Shown here piece after piece: positions 39,700 to 53,600 of a stretch of 58,353 bases of DNA (positions within the stretch are counted from its first letter, which is position 1; each line of letters begins with the position of its first letter). Origin of the DNA: Tubiluchus corallicola (Eukaryota > Animalia > Priapulida); contig JAQGDQ010001160.1 in assembly GCA_030141605.1 (NCBI GenBank), positions 1-58,353 on the forward strand, in the 5' to 3' direction. The position numbers and the translations under genes were made by a program. The notes below the pieces were generated by a model. It saw only the letters and a program-made list of their open reading frames with translations, made no database searches and was not told the DNA's origin.

Positions 39700-40955
39700 T
39701 TATTATTATTATTATAACTCTATTTTATTATATATATTAACATAAATACATACATAATATACATAAATTCCCTCTATTTGCAGGGACCAGTATGAACATT
39801 ATTATGATAAGTTAGAAAATAATTACAATTCTCCCTTGTAATATCACTGGTGACTATGATAACAGTAAAACGCTTATATACAAAAAACATATCAACAACT
39901 ACAAGATTTACATTTAAATTTATATTTACCTAATTTTATAAATAACTCTTACTTTTATATTTTCATTGACGGGTAGCAATCTAATTATATAAAATGACAG
40001 TAACTGGACTTCACATTTTTAAAAATAAACTCCACGTTTGTTCGGCTATATTTTCCTCTTTAGCATTTTTAACAATTTCTACAAACGCATCAATAGCATT
40101 TCTACTTCTTATTCTGTATATATCCTTAAGTTGCCTAGATGTTAAAGTTAAAAGTTAACAGTTAAAAATTACATGTTCTGGCGTTTGGCTGTTTGCCTTG
40201 CATTTACACATATCAGTTTCTATCAGACCCATTCTATTGCTAAATTCATTACAACCTCTCCCTAATAATAAGTTGAAAGCAATGGTTTCAATAACACGTT
40301 CATTTCTTGTTATTTGCAGATCAAAAGGTTTTGCGCAAACTTTAACTTCTTCAAAAGGGTTTCCAGCTAACTGGTTGTAATGCAACAGTTTTCTTTTCCA
40401 TAGAAACACTAAGAATTTTTGACATTCTTTCTTTGTGTATTTTAGATTGTCTTTGGGAATTGACTGTAGCATTTCATTTCGATTTGTGTTTAGACCTTTA
40501 ATGGTTTTTAAGAAAAATCTAGTCTTATTTAGGTGTTCTGCTAGGAAATGGTTCCAATATTCAGCACTGATGTAATTCTCATCCGCCTTAATTAGTTCTT
40601 TTCTGACTAAGTCATCTGCAGGAAAAGTAAGTAATTTCAAAACTGACTTAACAGATAAAACGAAATAAATAACATCCATTGATGGTAGTCCTGTAATTAA
40701 TTCAGTTGCAATTTTTGGAGGATTAAAACCTACTCTTGTTGCCGTTTTTAGCACATCATATAGTATATCATCAAAAGCTGAGATGTTCTTTGCTAACCAA
40801 GCTATCGAGGCGTACAAAATCGTTGGAAGTACCATGATATTAAAGTCTCAAAATTGTCTTCATATGCAAACCTTTGTGCCGGAAACAAAACTGCTTTATC
40901 TGGTGTCATGTTTTCCACGCCCTTTCTTGGTATCTAGCACGTGAGCGTTAAAATT

Positions 40956-40960
<5 letters not shown>
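39700..40960 (-). mobile_element. 5'-truncated LINE (ORF2 C-terminus with CCHC knuckle, (TAA)n tail), different family from 11471-16209
   Basis: ORF 40155-40835: LPTILYASIAW ... CKCKANSQTPEHVIFNC; AATAAA then (TAA)n at 39700-39730 on the - strand; (GA)n on both sides. Confidence 0.82.
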
Positions 40961-41053
<93 letters not shown>

Positions 41054-41090
41054 GGGGAGGGAGGGAGGGTGTCAGAGAGAGAAAGAGAAA
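40960..41090. repeat. (GA)n microsatellite
   Basis: Visible. Confidence 0.95.
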
Positions 41091-41571
41091 CTATACGATT
41101 ACGATTACATAGTAGAATTCAGATAACTCGGCTTCTTTGAGAAAAGCACCGTATTAGCACATCGTCGAAAGATGGCGACACTTTGCTGCTCTGATTTATG
41201 TTGTTGAAGTAAAACAGTGACTCCCCACTCAATGCAGAACGGAGAAATAAATCATTGAAATGAAACTGTTATCAGTAAATGAACATTTAATGAAAATTAG
41301 GCACAATTAAGAAATCTGGAAGAAACACAGAATTTTAAATCGCCAGGTGAAAGAATAAAAAGACACAAAATTCTTAACCGTAATTATTAAATCTATTAAC
41401 TAAATGACTATCTAATTAACTAATTAACTATGCAACTATCTAACTAACTAATTAACTATTATATAAATGTTTTTTACTTACTAATAATATAAAAGAACTT
41501 CCTCAAGAATTAGTATTAGTAAGTATATGACATATTTTTTATTTTTTATTTTTTATTTCTTTTTTCTTATT

Positions 41572-41618
41572 CTTTCACCTGAAGATAAACCACAATGTAG
41601 CTAGAAACGTCGTTTCAT
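41572..41618 (+). ncRNA. Degenerate Penelope-type minimal hammerhead ribozyme motif
   Basis: CAC-CTGAAGA-(TAAACCACAATGTAGCTA, imperfect stem II)-GAAAC-GTC-GT; partial inverted copy at 41339-41362. Confidence 0.5.
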
Positions 41619-41732
41619 CCTTGTTTTTTATTTGTGAGGTTTTTTCATTAATAATTTTCAATATTCTTCTCATCAAGAATTAAGATAGTGTTAATAATGC
41701 ATGTTATTTTAGGGGCAAAAATTAGAGGCTAT

Positions 41733-41787
41733 GAACTTAAGCAAGGTTAGTTCTAGTTAGTCAATGGATGAACGACTTCTGGGAATA
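41733..41787 (+). mobile_element. 5S rRNA-derived SINE or pseudogene remnant
   Basis: GAACTTAAGCAAGGTTAGTTCTAGTTAGTCAATGGATGAACGACTTCTGGGAATA matches the 5S internal control region (GAAGCTAAGCAGGGTCGGGCCTGGTTAGTACTTGGATGGGAGACCGCCTGGGAATA, from memory) at about 70% by eye. Confidence 0.55.
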
Positions 41788-42007
41788 GTTTCATTTGCTA
41801 TTGTGCTCCAGCCATAAAGACATGTTAACACTGACGTCTGTTTATATTAGCACTAAATAAGATAAGATGAATTAGCTAAGTTTTAATTAAGTTTTAATGT
41901 GTACAGTATTTTAATCTTTGGCTTCATTTTCTACGTATGTGACGTGGCTTCATTTTCTACGTATGTGACATTCAAGTGTTTTTACAGCGTCCTCGTAACT
42001 GTTTATG

Positions 42008-42552
42008 TTACCTCAACTTATCTTACTTTACCTTACCTTATCTTATCTCACCTTATCTCACCTTGTGTTATCTTATCTTACATAGCTTTATCTTACCTTA
42101 CCTTACCTTACATTACCTTGCCTTACCTTACCTTACCTTGCCTTACCTTACCTTACCTTACCTTTCCTTAACTTACCTTACCTTACCTTACCTTACCTTA
42201 CCTTACCTTACCTTACCTTACCTTACCTTACCTTACCTTACCTTACCTTACCTTACCTTACCTTACCTTATCTTATCTCACCTTGCCTTACCTTACCTTA
42301 CCTTACCTTACCTTACCTTACCTTACCTTACCTTACCTTACCTTACCTTACCTTACCTTACCTTACCTTACCTTACCTACCTTACCTTACCTTATCTTAC
42401 CTTACCTTACCTTACCTTACCTTACCTTACCTTGCCTTGCCTTGCCTTGCCTTGCCTTGCCTTGCCTTGCCTTGCCTTGCCTTGCCTTGCCTTGCCTTGC
42501 CTTGCCTTACCTTACCTTACCTTGCCCTACCTTACCTTGCCCTACCTTGCCT
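42008..42552. repeat. (CCTTA/CCTTG)n microsatellite
   Basis: Visible. Confidence 0.97.
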
Positions 42553-42667
42553 GTCTGGGAAAACGGACAAAACATGAACCTTGGGCAGGTTCCTCCTGAT
42601 GATGTGGTTTGTGTGGTTATACTGAAAGTTGACTGTGTGTTTGGCTTCAACGAACCTGGGGTTGTTT

Positions 42668-43432
<765 letters not shown>

Positions 43433-44051
43433 GTATGCTTCAAAGTTGTTCCTAAAAAGAAAATAACGACAGAAGGTATCGTTCCATAGCCACGAAGGAC
43501 TTTTACCCATTACCGCCTACTTAAAAATTATTAGAATTATTTTTAGCTATTATCATTATTCGTTTTATTATTAATTGCAAGTATAATTAGTTTCAATTAG
43601 CAATGTACATTTGTTCCTGATGTTACAGAAACTGTCGAGCGCGCTTATTGTGAGTTTTGACAACCCTCATAGCAATCACATAGATAGCTACTGTTGCGCA
43701 TGCGCGTTGTCAATTTTGAAACAATTCTGTTGTGTATCGGGGTAGTCCCCGAAGCGTAATCAATACCCCATCACTAAACTCACTGCGTTACTGTTCATCT
43801 TCTCTTACTACCTGATGTGAGAAGGCTCTTCGTGAGGACATTATAACGACGTGCGTGTTCCGAACTTCCGACGTGACGCGGAAGCGAATGTTAACGCGTT
43901 GGGGGATTATTAACGTGACGGCTTATTCGTTGCTTCAATCCGGAGCTAAAGCTGGTGGGGGAGTTTTTCTTCTACTGTAGATGTTTCGATTCCTCACGTG
44001 ACATTTTCTACGACCCGCTCAAGAAAAAGTTCCACAATGAGGTACCGTTAC

Positions 44052-44444
44052 TAGGGGCGAGCATTCTCAGCTATAAAGCGAATTCGAATCGAATCGAATT
44101 TGCGACTTTCGAATTCGAATCGAACCGAATTTCAGTATTTCGAATTCGAACTAAGTTTGTAAAACAATTTTTCGAACCACTAGTAAAATGTGGTCTTACA
44201 AAGATTATGCATATTACCAGATTTTGTTCTACAGTAAAATCTCGATTAGTTTCTTAAAAATTTTGCACAGAAACTGCAGCTAAGCTAAATTGTGCGAATT
44301 ACACGATGTTTCAAACATTTTAACGATAAGGAACGTATGTGGCTGAAGTGCTGAACTATTCGAATTTATGATCTTAGATTCGAATCGAATTCGAACTAAA
44401 AAAACTCGTTCGAATCGAATTCGAACGTTCGATGCTCACCCCTA
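44052..44444. mobile_element. hAT (Ac-type) MITE with TCGAA subterminal repeats
   Basis: TIR TAGGGGCGAGCAT / ATGCTCACCCCTA; 8-bp TSD ACCGTTAC/ACTGTTAC. Confidence 0.88.
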
Positions 44445-44996
44445 ACTGTTACTGTTGGCGTTTTTTGAATCTAATTAAAATGCCTCAAAGTCTGAATCTG
44501 AATGTTTTTTCAAAAAATTATCAAATAATCAGCGAAACTAATGAATAAAAGCTGGAGTTACTCAGAACAAGCATAAATGCTTTCACCTACTCAAAATGAG
44601 TAATTTGAGAAATCCGATCAGTTTCATTAACTTCTGAGTTAATGAAAAACTTGAGCTTTGAGGGTTAGAACAGCCTTTCATATTCCACTTGACAATTACT
44701 ATTCTTAAAATACCATTTAACGAAGAAGGTTAATTTTTAAATTGAGTATTTAAATGCTGAATATGAATGAGGAATATGAACCTAGAATAGGGGAACCTTG
44801 TATTCAGACTGGGTAGGTTGGTGCTGAAATTAAGTATGCCGGTGGGCTACTTGGGTAATTTGACATTTGAAATAGAGTAATTTTATACTCGAACTGAGTA
44901 TCCTGGTGCTGAAATTGAGTAGGTTGGTTGATTCACTACTTTGATAATTTTATCATGAAACAGAGTAATTTCATACTCAAAGTGAGTAGTAACTAT

Positions 44997-46322
44997 ATTT
45001 GCGTCATTCCAGTGACATCAGCTGTCATTATTGCGTCATTCCAGCGACATCAGCTGTCATTATTGCATCATTCCAGCGACATCAGCTGTCATTATTGCGT
45101 CATTCCAGTGACATAAACTGTCATTATTGGGTCATTCCAGTGACATCAGCTGTTATTATTGCGTCTTTCCAGCGACATCAGCTGTCATTATTGTGTCACT
45201 CCAGCAACATCAGCTGTCATTATTGCGTCATTCCAGCAACATCAGCTGTCATTATTGGGTCATTCCAGTGACATCAGCTGTCATTATTGCGTCATTCCAG
45301 CGACATCAGCTGTCATTATTGGGTCATTCCAGTGACATCAGCTGTTATTATTGCGTCTTTCCAGCGACATCAGCTGTCATTATTGGGTCATTCCAGTGAC
45401 ATCAGCTGTCATTATTGGGTCATTCCAGCGACATCAGCTGTCATTATTGGGTCATTCCAGTGACATCAGCTGTTATTATTGCGTCTTTCCAGCGACATCA
45501 GCTGTCATTATTGGGTCATTCCAGTGACATCAGCTGTCATTATTGGGTCATTCCAGCGACATCAGCTGTCATTATTGGGTCATTCCAGTGACATCAGCTG
45601 TTATTATTGCGTCTTTCCAGCGACATCAGCTGTCATTATTGGGTCATTCCAGTGACATCAGCTGTCATTATTGGGTCATTCCAGCGACATCAGCTGTCAT
45701 TATTGGGTCATTCCAGTGACATCAGCTGTTATTATTGCGTCTTTCCAGCGACATCAGCTGTCATTATTGGGTCATTCCAGTGACATCAGCTGTCATTATT
45801 GGGTCATTCCAGCGACATCAGCTGTCATTATTGGGTCATTCCAGTGACATCAGCTGTCATTATTGCGTCATTCCAGCAACATCAGCTGTCATTATTGTGT
45901 CATCCCAGCGACATCAGCTGTCAATATTGCGTCATTCCAGTGACATCAGCTGTCATTATTGCGTCATTCCAGCAACATCAGCTGTCATTATTGGGTCATT
46001 CCAGCGACATCAGCTGTCAATATTGCGTCATTCCAGCGACATCAGCTGTCATTATTGCGTCATTCCAGCGACATCAGCTGTCATTATTGCGTCATTCCAG
46101 CGACATCAGCTGTCATTATTGCGTCATTCCAGCGACATCAGCTGTCATTATTGCGTCATTCCAGCGACATCAGCTGTCATTATTGCGTCATTCCAGCGAC
46201 ATCAGCTGTCATTATTGCGTCATCCCAGCGACATCAGCTGTCAATATTGCGTCATTCCAGCGACATCAGCTGTCATTATTACGTCATTCCAGCGACATCA
46301 GCTGTCATTATTGGGTCATTAC
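44997..46322. repeat. 32-bp tandem satellite, ~41 copies
   Basis: GCGTCATTCCAGCGACATCAGCTGTCATTATT head to tail, no spacers. Confidence 0.97.
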
Positions 46323-46387
46323 AGCTTAATAATGCAAGAAGAGTAGATTGCGAAGGCGCCGCAGTGCGGGCATAGGTTCCTGTACTT

Positions 46388-46981
46388 CAGTTGCGGCTCG
46401 TGTATAGGTACTGTGGTACTGCAGCGCCCCCTGTATTCACTCATTATTATAGATAATATTCAATATAATGACTCTTCTTTCTTTAGTTTTTTTATACTTG
46501 TGCAGAACCGAAGCACGTGAGGCAAGTACAATTTGCTTCACAGCCCAAGCAATGTGATGTTTGGCTGTTGTGCGCACATTTCTGAGATAAAACGCTGTGC
46601 GCTAGCGTCTGCTGATAGATGGAAAAGTACTGTCTATATCGCAGTAACAAGTGCCACGTGCTTACCGTGTACTGTCACATTCTTAGATGTGATAAAGTGT
46701 AAGCTTAGCGTGTGCGCTTAGAACATAAATTTTTTAATAATGGACGCCTTGCATTCCCAAGAAATAAGTTCTGTGACTGTAAGTGAACTACAACAGCTTA
46801 ATTTTTCACAATTGTCTCTCCATGAGAAAGTTGCAGTTAAGAAAAGAGGCCGTTCAACAACCAATCTTCGAATACATTAAAATTACATATGTTTGTTAGG
46901 TTTTACACAGTATTAAAACAATGGCTAAACATTTTCTGAAGCAGCCCCCCCCCCACTAATTTTAACTACGATTCGCCACTG
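46388..46981 (+). mobile_element. Non-autonomous hAT element, copy B
   Basis: CAGTTGCGGCTCGTG...ACGATTCGCCACTG; 8-bp TSD CTGTACTT/CTGTACAT. Confidence 0.85.
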
Positions 46982-47652
46982 CTGTACATTTCCCTGTAGG
47001 CCCACAAGTCTATAAACCTTAGTGCTCATAGAAAATTCTGTCTTATGCAGTTACAGCATGTAATTTATGCAGTCGGTTTTTGCAAATAATTCATTGTTTT
47101 TAGTGACAACTCACCCGTTATAAATTGTCTCTCCTATCTGAGTCACCAGCGTGTATTATTGGGAAGCAAAACAGTTTTTTTATATAAACGTATTTATTTA
47201 TCAACAGCGTTGACAATGAAGGGTATGTATATATATCATTTTTATTTGCACTCGCGGTACAATCGCTTCAAATAAACAAACAGATCAACAAGCAACTTAA
47301 CATTAATTAACAAGATTAGTAAACAATGTGAATATGTACAGTTAAGTGAGAGTAAGATATGTTAGTATGGCGTACAACTCATTCCTGTTAAAAATCAAAC
47401 CAATTACGTTCTAGAGCCCATATAACTTCTTTAATGAAATTTACAGTCCGTATTTGTTCATCGCTAGCATTACTTCCTACTTCTAATGTACAGGAAAAAA
47501 CTTTAGAAAGAAAATTTTCATTGTACTCGTTACAAATAGATAAGAAATTATAACCCATTATAGAAGAGGCATGAAATCGAGAATTATGTGCAAATGTATT
47601 ATATATGTGTATATATATTTCTTAACTTAACTGAAGTTTCAGCTGTTACTAT

Positions 47653-47755
47653 ACACACACACACGCACACGCACACGCACACGCACACGCACACGCACAC
47701 GCACACGCACACGCACACGCACACGCACACACACACACCCACACCCACACACACC
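47653..47755. repeat. (CA)n/(CACACG)n microsatellite
   Basis: Visible. Confidence 0.93.
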
Positions 47756-47838
47756 TCTACTGCTATACAAAACAAGCGAAAATTCAGAGCAAGATCATTT
47801 TGTCTCACAATAGATGAAAAAAAACAAATAAATATGAA

Positions 47839-48987
47839 ACAGATGTACAGTGCTGACATAGGTAAGTATTAAACAAAAAATAGCTACGAATATATAAATT
47901 TTTATAAATCGATTCTTCTGTTACTAATATAAAGGGGGGGGAGGAAGAAACCGGTTGCTCGGATTTGCGGTTAGATTTTGATGTAAACATCTGAGTTTGT
48001 TTCATACAGAACTAATTTATTAACATAATCAGGAAACGTGTCAGAACCACATAGGAATAATTTTGTTTCTTCATTTAAGCTAAGATTAAAAAAATTAACA
48101 CGTGGCAGTAATAGAAGATATACGTTAGTTAATAAGTCTTACCTGATGTCGTTGTATTAATTACATTGCAGCAAAAAGTGAGCGGTACTTTCCACTGCAA
48201 GACTACTATTTGGACAGACAGGTGAAAGTGATGGATTTTCATAGAGATATAATGATTCATTTAGGTCACTAGTACCTTGCCTTAAACGATACGTCAAAAC
48301 AGCAAGGTATCGTCGGCTAGAAAAGTATTAGGCTTTAAGTGCAAGACGAAATCTTTTGATTAGTGAATGTTTAAATCTGCTTATAGATAATTGATTAAGT
48401 AAATGCAAGAGAGCTTGTTTCACTCGTTTATAGAATAAGGGTTGAAACTCGAATTGAAATTGTTAGAAGGGGGTAGCTGCAAATAAGGGCGTATCACGAC
48501 TTTACAACGCTGTGGGCTGATAGTTCTGTCCCGCCCATCTCTATTGTGAATTAATGATTGTTTATGTAATGAGCAGATTAAACAATTACTTGTGGTGTAT
48601 TAGAAACACTATTAACCTAGTTTCTGCGTGGTCATTATTACTTACGTGTATTTGCTTGTTGCGTAATATCTTGCACCTGTTCGTTATGTAGCACTTATAT
48701 AAAAGCTGTCCTCAATAATTGCCTGTGGTGTGTTATAAAATGTGCCGTTTATATAAATATGAAAATATACACATTTTCCGAGAAGAATTAGATTTTTTTT
48801 CTAAAATGTGACGCCTCTCAAACTTTGGCGCCCTAAGCTATAAGCCTAGTTAGCCTATTGGTTAATACGCCCCTGGACTTTTGCAAAATACTTTCATGAA
48901 ACAATTGGAAAATTGCAAGTTGGGTCAGTAAAAATACTTGAATATTTTATAAGTTCACGTACTGATTGCTGCATTATTATCAATTAC
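47839..48987. repeat. Left arm of a ~1.15 kb inverted repeat
   Basis: Reverse complement of 55681-56827 with about a dozen differences. Confidence 0.95.
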
Positions 48988-49806
48988 ACCTTCACAAACT
49001 TTTCAACCAGAATGCATGACTATTACACCTTCACAGACTTTTCAACCAGAATGCCATGACTATTACACCTTCACAGACTTTTCAACCAGAATGCCATGAC
49101 TATTACACCTTCACAAACTTTTCAACCAGAATGCCATGACTATTACAGCTTCACTGACTTTTCAACCAGAATACCATGACTATTACAGCTTCACAGATTT
49201 TTCAACCAGAATGCGATGACTATTACACCTTCACAGACTTTGCAACCAGAATGCCATGCTATTACACCTGCGCAGACTTTTCAACCAGAATGCCATAACC
49301 ATTACACCTTCACAGACTTTTCAAACAGAATGCCATGACTATTACACCTTCACAGACTTTTCAATCAGAATGCCATGACTATTACACCTTCACAGACTTT
49401 TCAATCAAAATGCCATACTATTACACCTTCACAGACTTTTCAAACAGAATGCCATGACTATTACACCTTCACAGACTTTTCAATCAGAATGCCATGACTA
49501 TTACACCTTCACAGACTTTTCAATCAAAATGCCATACTATTACACCTTCACAGATTTTCCAACCAGAATGCCATGACTATTACACCTTCACAGACTTTTC
49601 AGCCAGAATGCCATGACTATTACACCTTCACAGCTTTTCAATCAAATGTGACTATTACACCTTCACAACTTTTCACCAGAATGCCATGACTATTACACCT
49701 TCACAGACTTTTCAATCAGAATGCCATACTATTACACCTTCACAGATTTTTTAACCAGAATGCCATTGCAATTACACCTTCACAGATTTTTCAACTAGAA
49801 TGCCAT
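48983..49806. repeat. 40-bp tandem repeat, ~20 copies
   Basis: ATTACACCTTCACAGACTTTTCAACCAGAATGCCATGACT; starts exactly at the inner end of the left arm. Confidence 0.95.
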
Positions 49807-50389
49807 ATTCATATATTCATATTCATAGAGTACAACTTCGTAAACTTTTCTTGGCTGATAAGCGATTGCGTTCTTTTAAGTTCAAGAAATTGTCTATTTA
49901 GATATCAATTTTGCTTGTTTTTTCACAGGAAGATAGTCCATAGGTGAGCAAGTATAACAATATAACCACAACATCAACTGTGACAACGCAAGACCTTTTT
50001 ACATCCTTGTAGGCTCTCTTATAACATTCAAAATTACCTGTCACCGCCCCCGGGGGCTGTCACGGTGGCTCAGATAATAGCATTACAGCTAAACAGCTTA
50101 TTTTATACAGAGAAATCAAATTATCCCCGATGGCACGGAGGTTATGGCTGTCTTCGAACATCGCACCAGTATCGATCCTCACGCAACACATCATCAACTC
50201 AGCCACATTACAAGCTTTACCCAGCCACATCAGAAGTATTAAGCGAATTACTCGTTCATTGAAACGTCTTTTAGCGAGATTACATTATAATATTGCCATG
50301 GAAAAACGATTAATACACGCCACGCAACGTAGCCGGGCGAATAATATGGGCCAAGGTGAAAATGATACTGCTCGGGTTGAGATGGAAAC

Positions 50390-51165
50390 CAGTTCAAATT
50401 CATGTCCATAAGATAAACAGCTCAGATTCATGTCCATATGATAAATAAGCAGTTCAGGTTCATGTCCATATGATAAATAAGCAGTTCAGGTTCATGTCCA
50501 TATGATAAATAAACAATTCAAGTTCATGTCCATATGACAAATAAACAGCTCAGGTTCATGTCCAAATAACAAACAAGCAGTTCAGGTTCATGTCCAAATG
50601 ATGAACAAGCAGTTCAGGTTCATGTCCAAATGATAAACAAGCTATTCAGGTTCATGACAATATGATAAATAAGCAGTTCAGGTTCATGTCCATATGATAA
50701 ACAAGCAGTTCATGTTCATGTCCATATGATAAATAAGCAGTTCAGGTTCATGTCCATATGATAAACAAGCAGTTCAGGTTCATGTCCAAATGATAAACAA
50801 GCTGTTCAGGTTTATGACAATATGATAAATAAGCAGTTCAGGTTCATGTCCATGTGATAAACAAGCAGTTCAGGTTCATGTCCATATGATAAACAAGCAG
50901 TTCATGTTCATGTCCATATGATAAATAAGCAGTTCAGGTTCATGTCCATATGATAAATAAGCAGTTCAGGTTCATGTCCAAATGATAAACAAGCTGTTCA
51001 GGTTCATGACAATATGATAAATAAGCAGTTCAGGTTCATGTCCATGTGATAAACAAGCAGTTCAGGTTCATGTCCATATGATAAATAAGCAGTTCAGGTT
51101 CATGTCCATATGATAAACAAGCAGTTCAGGTTCATGTCCATATGATAAATAAGCAGTTCAGGTTC
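50390..51165. repeat. 32-bp tandem repeat, ~24 copies
   Basis: GTTCAGGTTCATGTCCATATGATAAAYAAGCA; inverted units at 51260-51314. Confidence 0.95.
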
Positions 51166-51835
51166 TAAAGTATTCATGAGTATTTTAAAATTCTGCCTAT
51201 TAAAGTTCAGATTCAAAATGGCCTCTGAGCAACTTTTTATGACCCCTTATGGCCCCTGGATTGTTTATTTACCATATGGACATGAACCTGAATTGTTTAT
51301 TTACCATATGGACAAAGGTGCCGTGAGTTTTGACCTACAGTTTAAGATTAGGTCCGGTTTTGTTTTAAAGCATTTAAATCACTGGCAAGTCAAATTGATA
51401 ACAAATGGCCCGCAAGGCGGTGATATGCGCAGCATTTATGGCAAAGCACATTTAAACAACAAAGTTCACCATGAAATGTTCTTTGGCACGTATTTGACAA
51501 CAACAGTTTTTTACACGAATAATTGTGGTAATAAATAAAATAAGAAAATTTATTCATCGTCGATTGTAACCAATTAAAAACACAAGATCAAAAAAGCTTC
51601 GGCAAATATCAGCCTAAGATAATACGAATAATCAACAAGTGAACATCTAAATTCCAAGAATCTAGCAGCTGAGCAAAATATTTCTTTTTTCACTACTAAA
51701 ATAAAGTCAAACCACTTTATAACACCTACCTTGGGGCCTCAAAAGCAGATGACATTAAGCGAGTTGGTATTATAACCGGGGGGGTAGCGAGATTTGACTG
51801 CAAGTAGTCCAGTAAAACAATTAGACAGTTAATTC

Positions 51836-52341
51836 AAACTTTATTTATTGGATACTGGATTTACAAAACAGACTGCGTCTGATGCAGGTGTCTCCACGGT
51901 GCAAGTGCTGAGTGCAAAGTGCTAATAAAAGAATAATGGACGCCACAACTAATAATTATCAAACTCAGTTTGATAAAACAATTGATTCAATTACAATCAG
52001 CAGATGGTGATTAAACTCACATTATGAACAATATAAACCCAACAGTTTAATAACAGCAATAATAATAAAGTATGTTTACAAAGTAAGTTTCAAGAACTAA
52101 ATAAACTCTTCTCAGAGGCAAGAACCGAAATCTAATAAGAAACAACACCAACCATGTAATAATAAGTCTTTGCCATAGAGTTATGGTCCTCGCTACTATC
52201 TTCTGCCAATTAAAACATACAGACAAAAACAGAACGGATCTGCTTTATTAATCAAAGCTGTAAACCAAATGATCACAAAAGAAGTTACAACAACTTGCAA
52301 ACAAAACATGGCAGCGAGAAACAATGAAACGATACGTCACC
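51836..52341 (-). mobile_element. SINE-like dispersed repeat, copy A
   Basis: Reverse complement of 54703-55207; AATAAA-containing end faces outward. Confidence 0.75.
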
Positions 52342-52639
52342 ATGACGAATAACAACAGTAACCAATCATAAAACACTAACTAGAAAAAAGTTTGCAACTT
52401 ACTGTAACTTTTTGCCGACAGCTAGCTTACAACTTGTATTTCTGTAGTAACTACATTCTGTTTCTGTTTGTATGTTTTAACTGGCTTTGATGTTGGGCCA
52501 AATAAAATGCAGTATTATATTTCTTGCATTATTGTGTTATTAATTACTTCTAACTAGCTTGACGATTATGCATAGAATCCCTAAGATGGTAACATCTTAA
52601 AATTACTATTAAGATGGTAACATTTTCTATAAAATCAAA

Positions 52640-53120
52640 AACACGCTTCCTCGTTGTTTTAAAACTAGAAATACCCTAGCTAGCTTTGATTACGCCACAT
52701 AAGTCGTATGCACGACCATTACTTGAATATAATACTCCTGTATGGAATCTTCACGAAAAAATTTTAATTGATGTTTTTGAACGAGTTGAAAGAATTTTAC
52801 AAGGCGTTTGTGTTTTAAATGTAACAAAAACTATTCGTGCTACATAGACCCTTAACAGTACTGAAATTACATGTGGAATTTTTGAAGATTGTGTTTCGAT
52901 TTGAAAATGGTGTAGAAATTTGTAATAATCTTGTTGTTTTAAATTTTGATAAATCTTTTGAATTTGCATTGCGCTTAGACATTAGAAGCCATAGTTATAA
53001 ATTTTATCAAAATTATTGCATGTTGAACGCATTCAAATCTTCATTTTCGAACAGAATTATTGAAATTTCGTATCTTTGTCACAATAAACGCTAGATGTTA
53101 ACTCTGTGAAAGCATTTATA
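52640..53120 (+). mobile_element. Decayed CR1-type LINE ORF2 3' fragment
   Basis: KSYARPLLEYNTPVWN...FERVER and IRSHSYKF...FKSSFSNRII match CR1 RT-thumb and tail motifs. Confidence 0.8.
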
Positions 53121-53149
53121 TTATGTATCAATTATAAACTCATTATATC

Positions 53150-53216
<67 letters not shown>

Positions 53217-53558
53217 TATAGATATATATATAGTTTCTCATTATACTATTTAATATTATGCGGAATTCAAAGAACATAAAAATATTTGAGATTGGCTGTC
53301 ACGTATAAAGATGTCATATGCAAAAACTACAAAAAATTGCTACTAGCCGAAATTTGGTTGCAAGAAGGATTACAACAGCGAGATGTAGAAATTCGAAGTC
53401 TTCACATCGATTATTATGTAGACTCTGAATTGCCTAAAGGGTTTCTTTTTTGACATAAGCTTCTTGATTTAATTATTCGACATACAAGTTTGAGGTTCCT
53501 TCGAGAAAATTGTATCTACAGCAGTGAAACTGAATTTAATCAACTGGAAATAATTGAT

Positions 53559-53600
<42 letters not shown>

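Noticed and set aside
44997-46322. 32-bp repeats (also 1-531, 48983-49806, 50390-51165) as CRISPR arrays
   Set aside because: Head-to-tail units with no unique spacers, no cas genes, eukaryotic context.
51176-51538. 120-aa ORF after the satellite as a real gene
   Set aside because: Overlaps inverted satellite units and has no recognisable motif.
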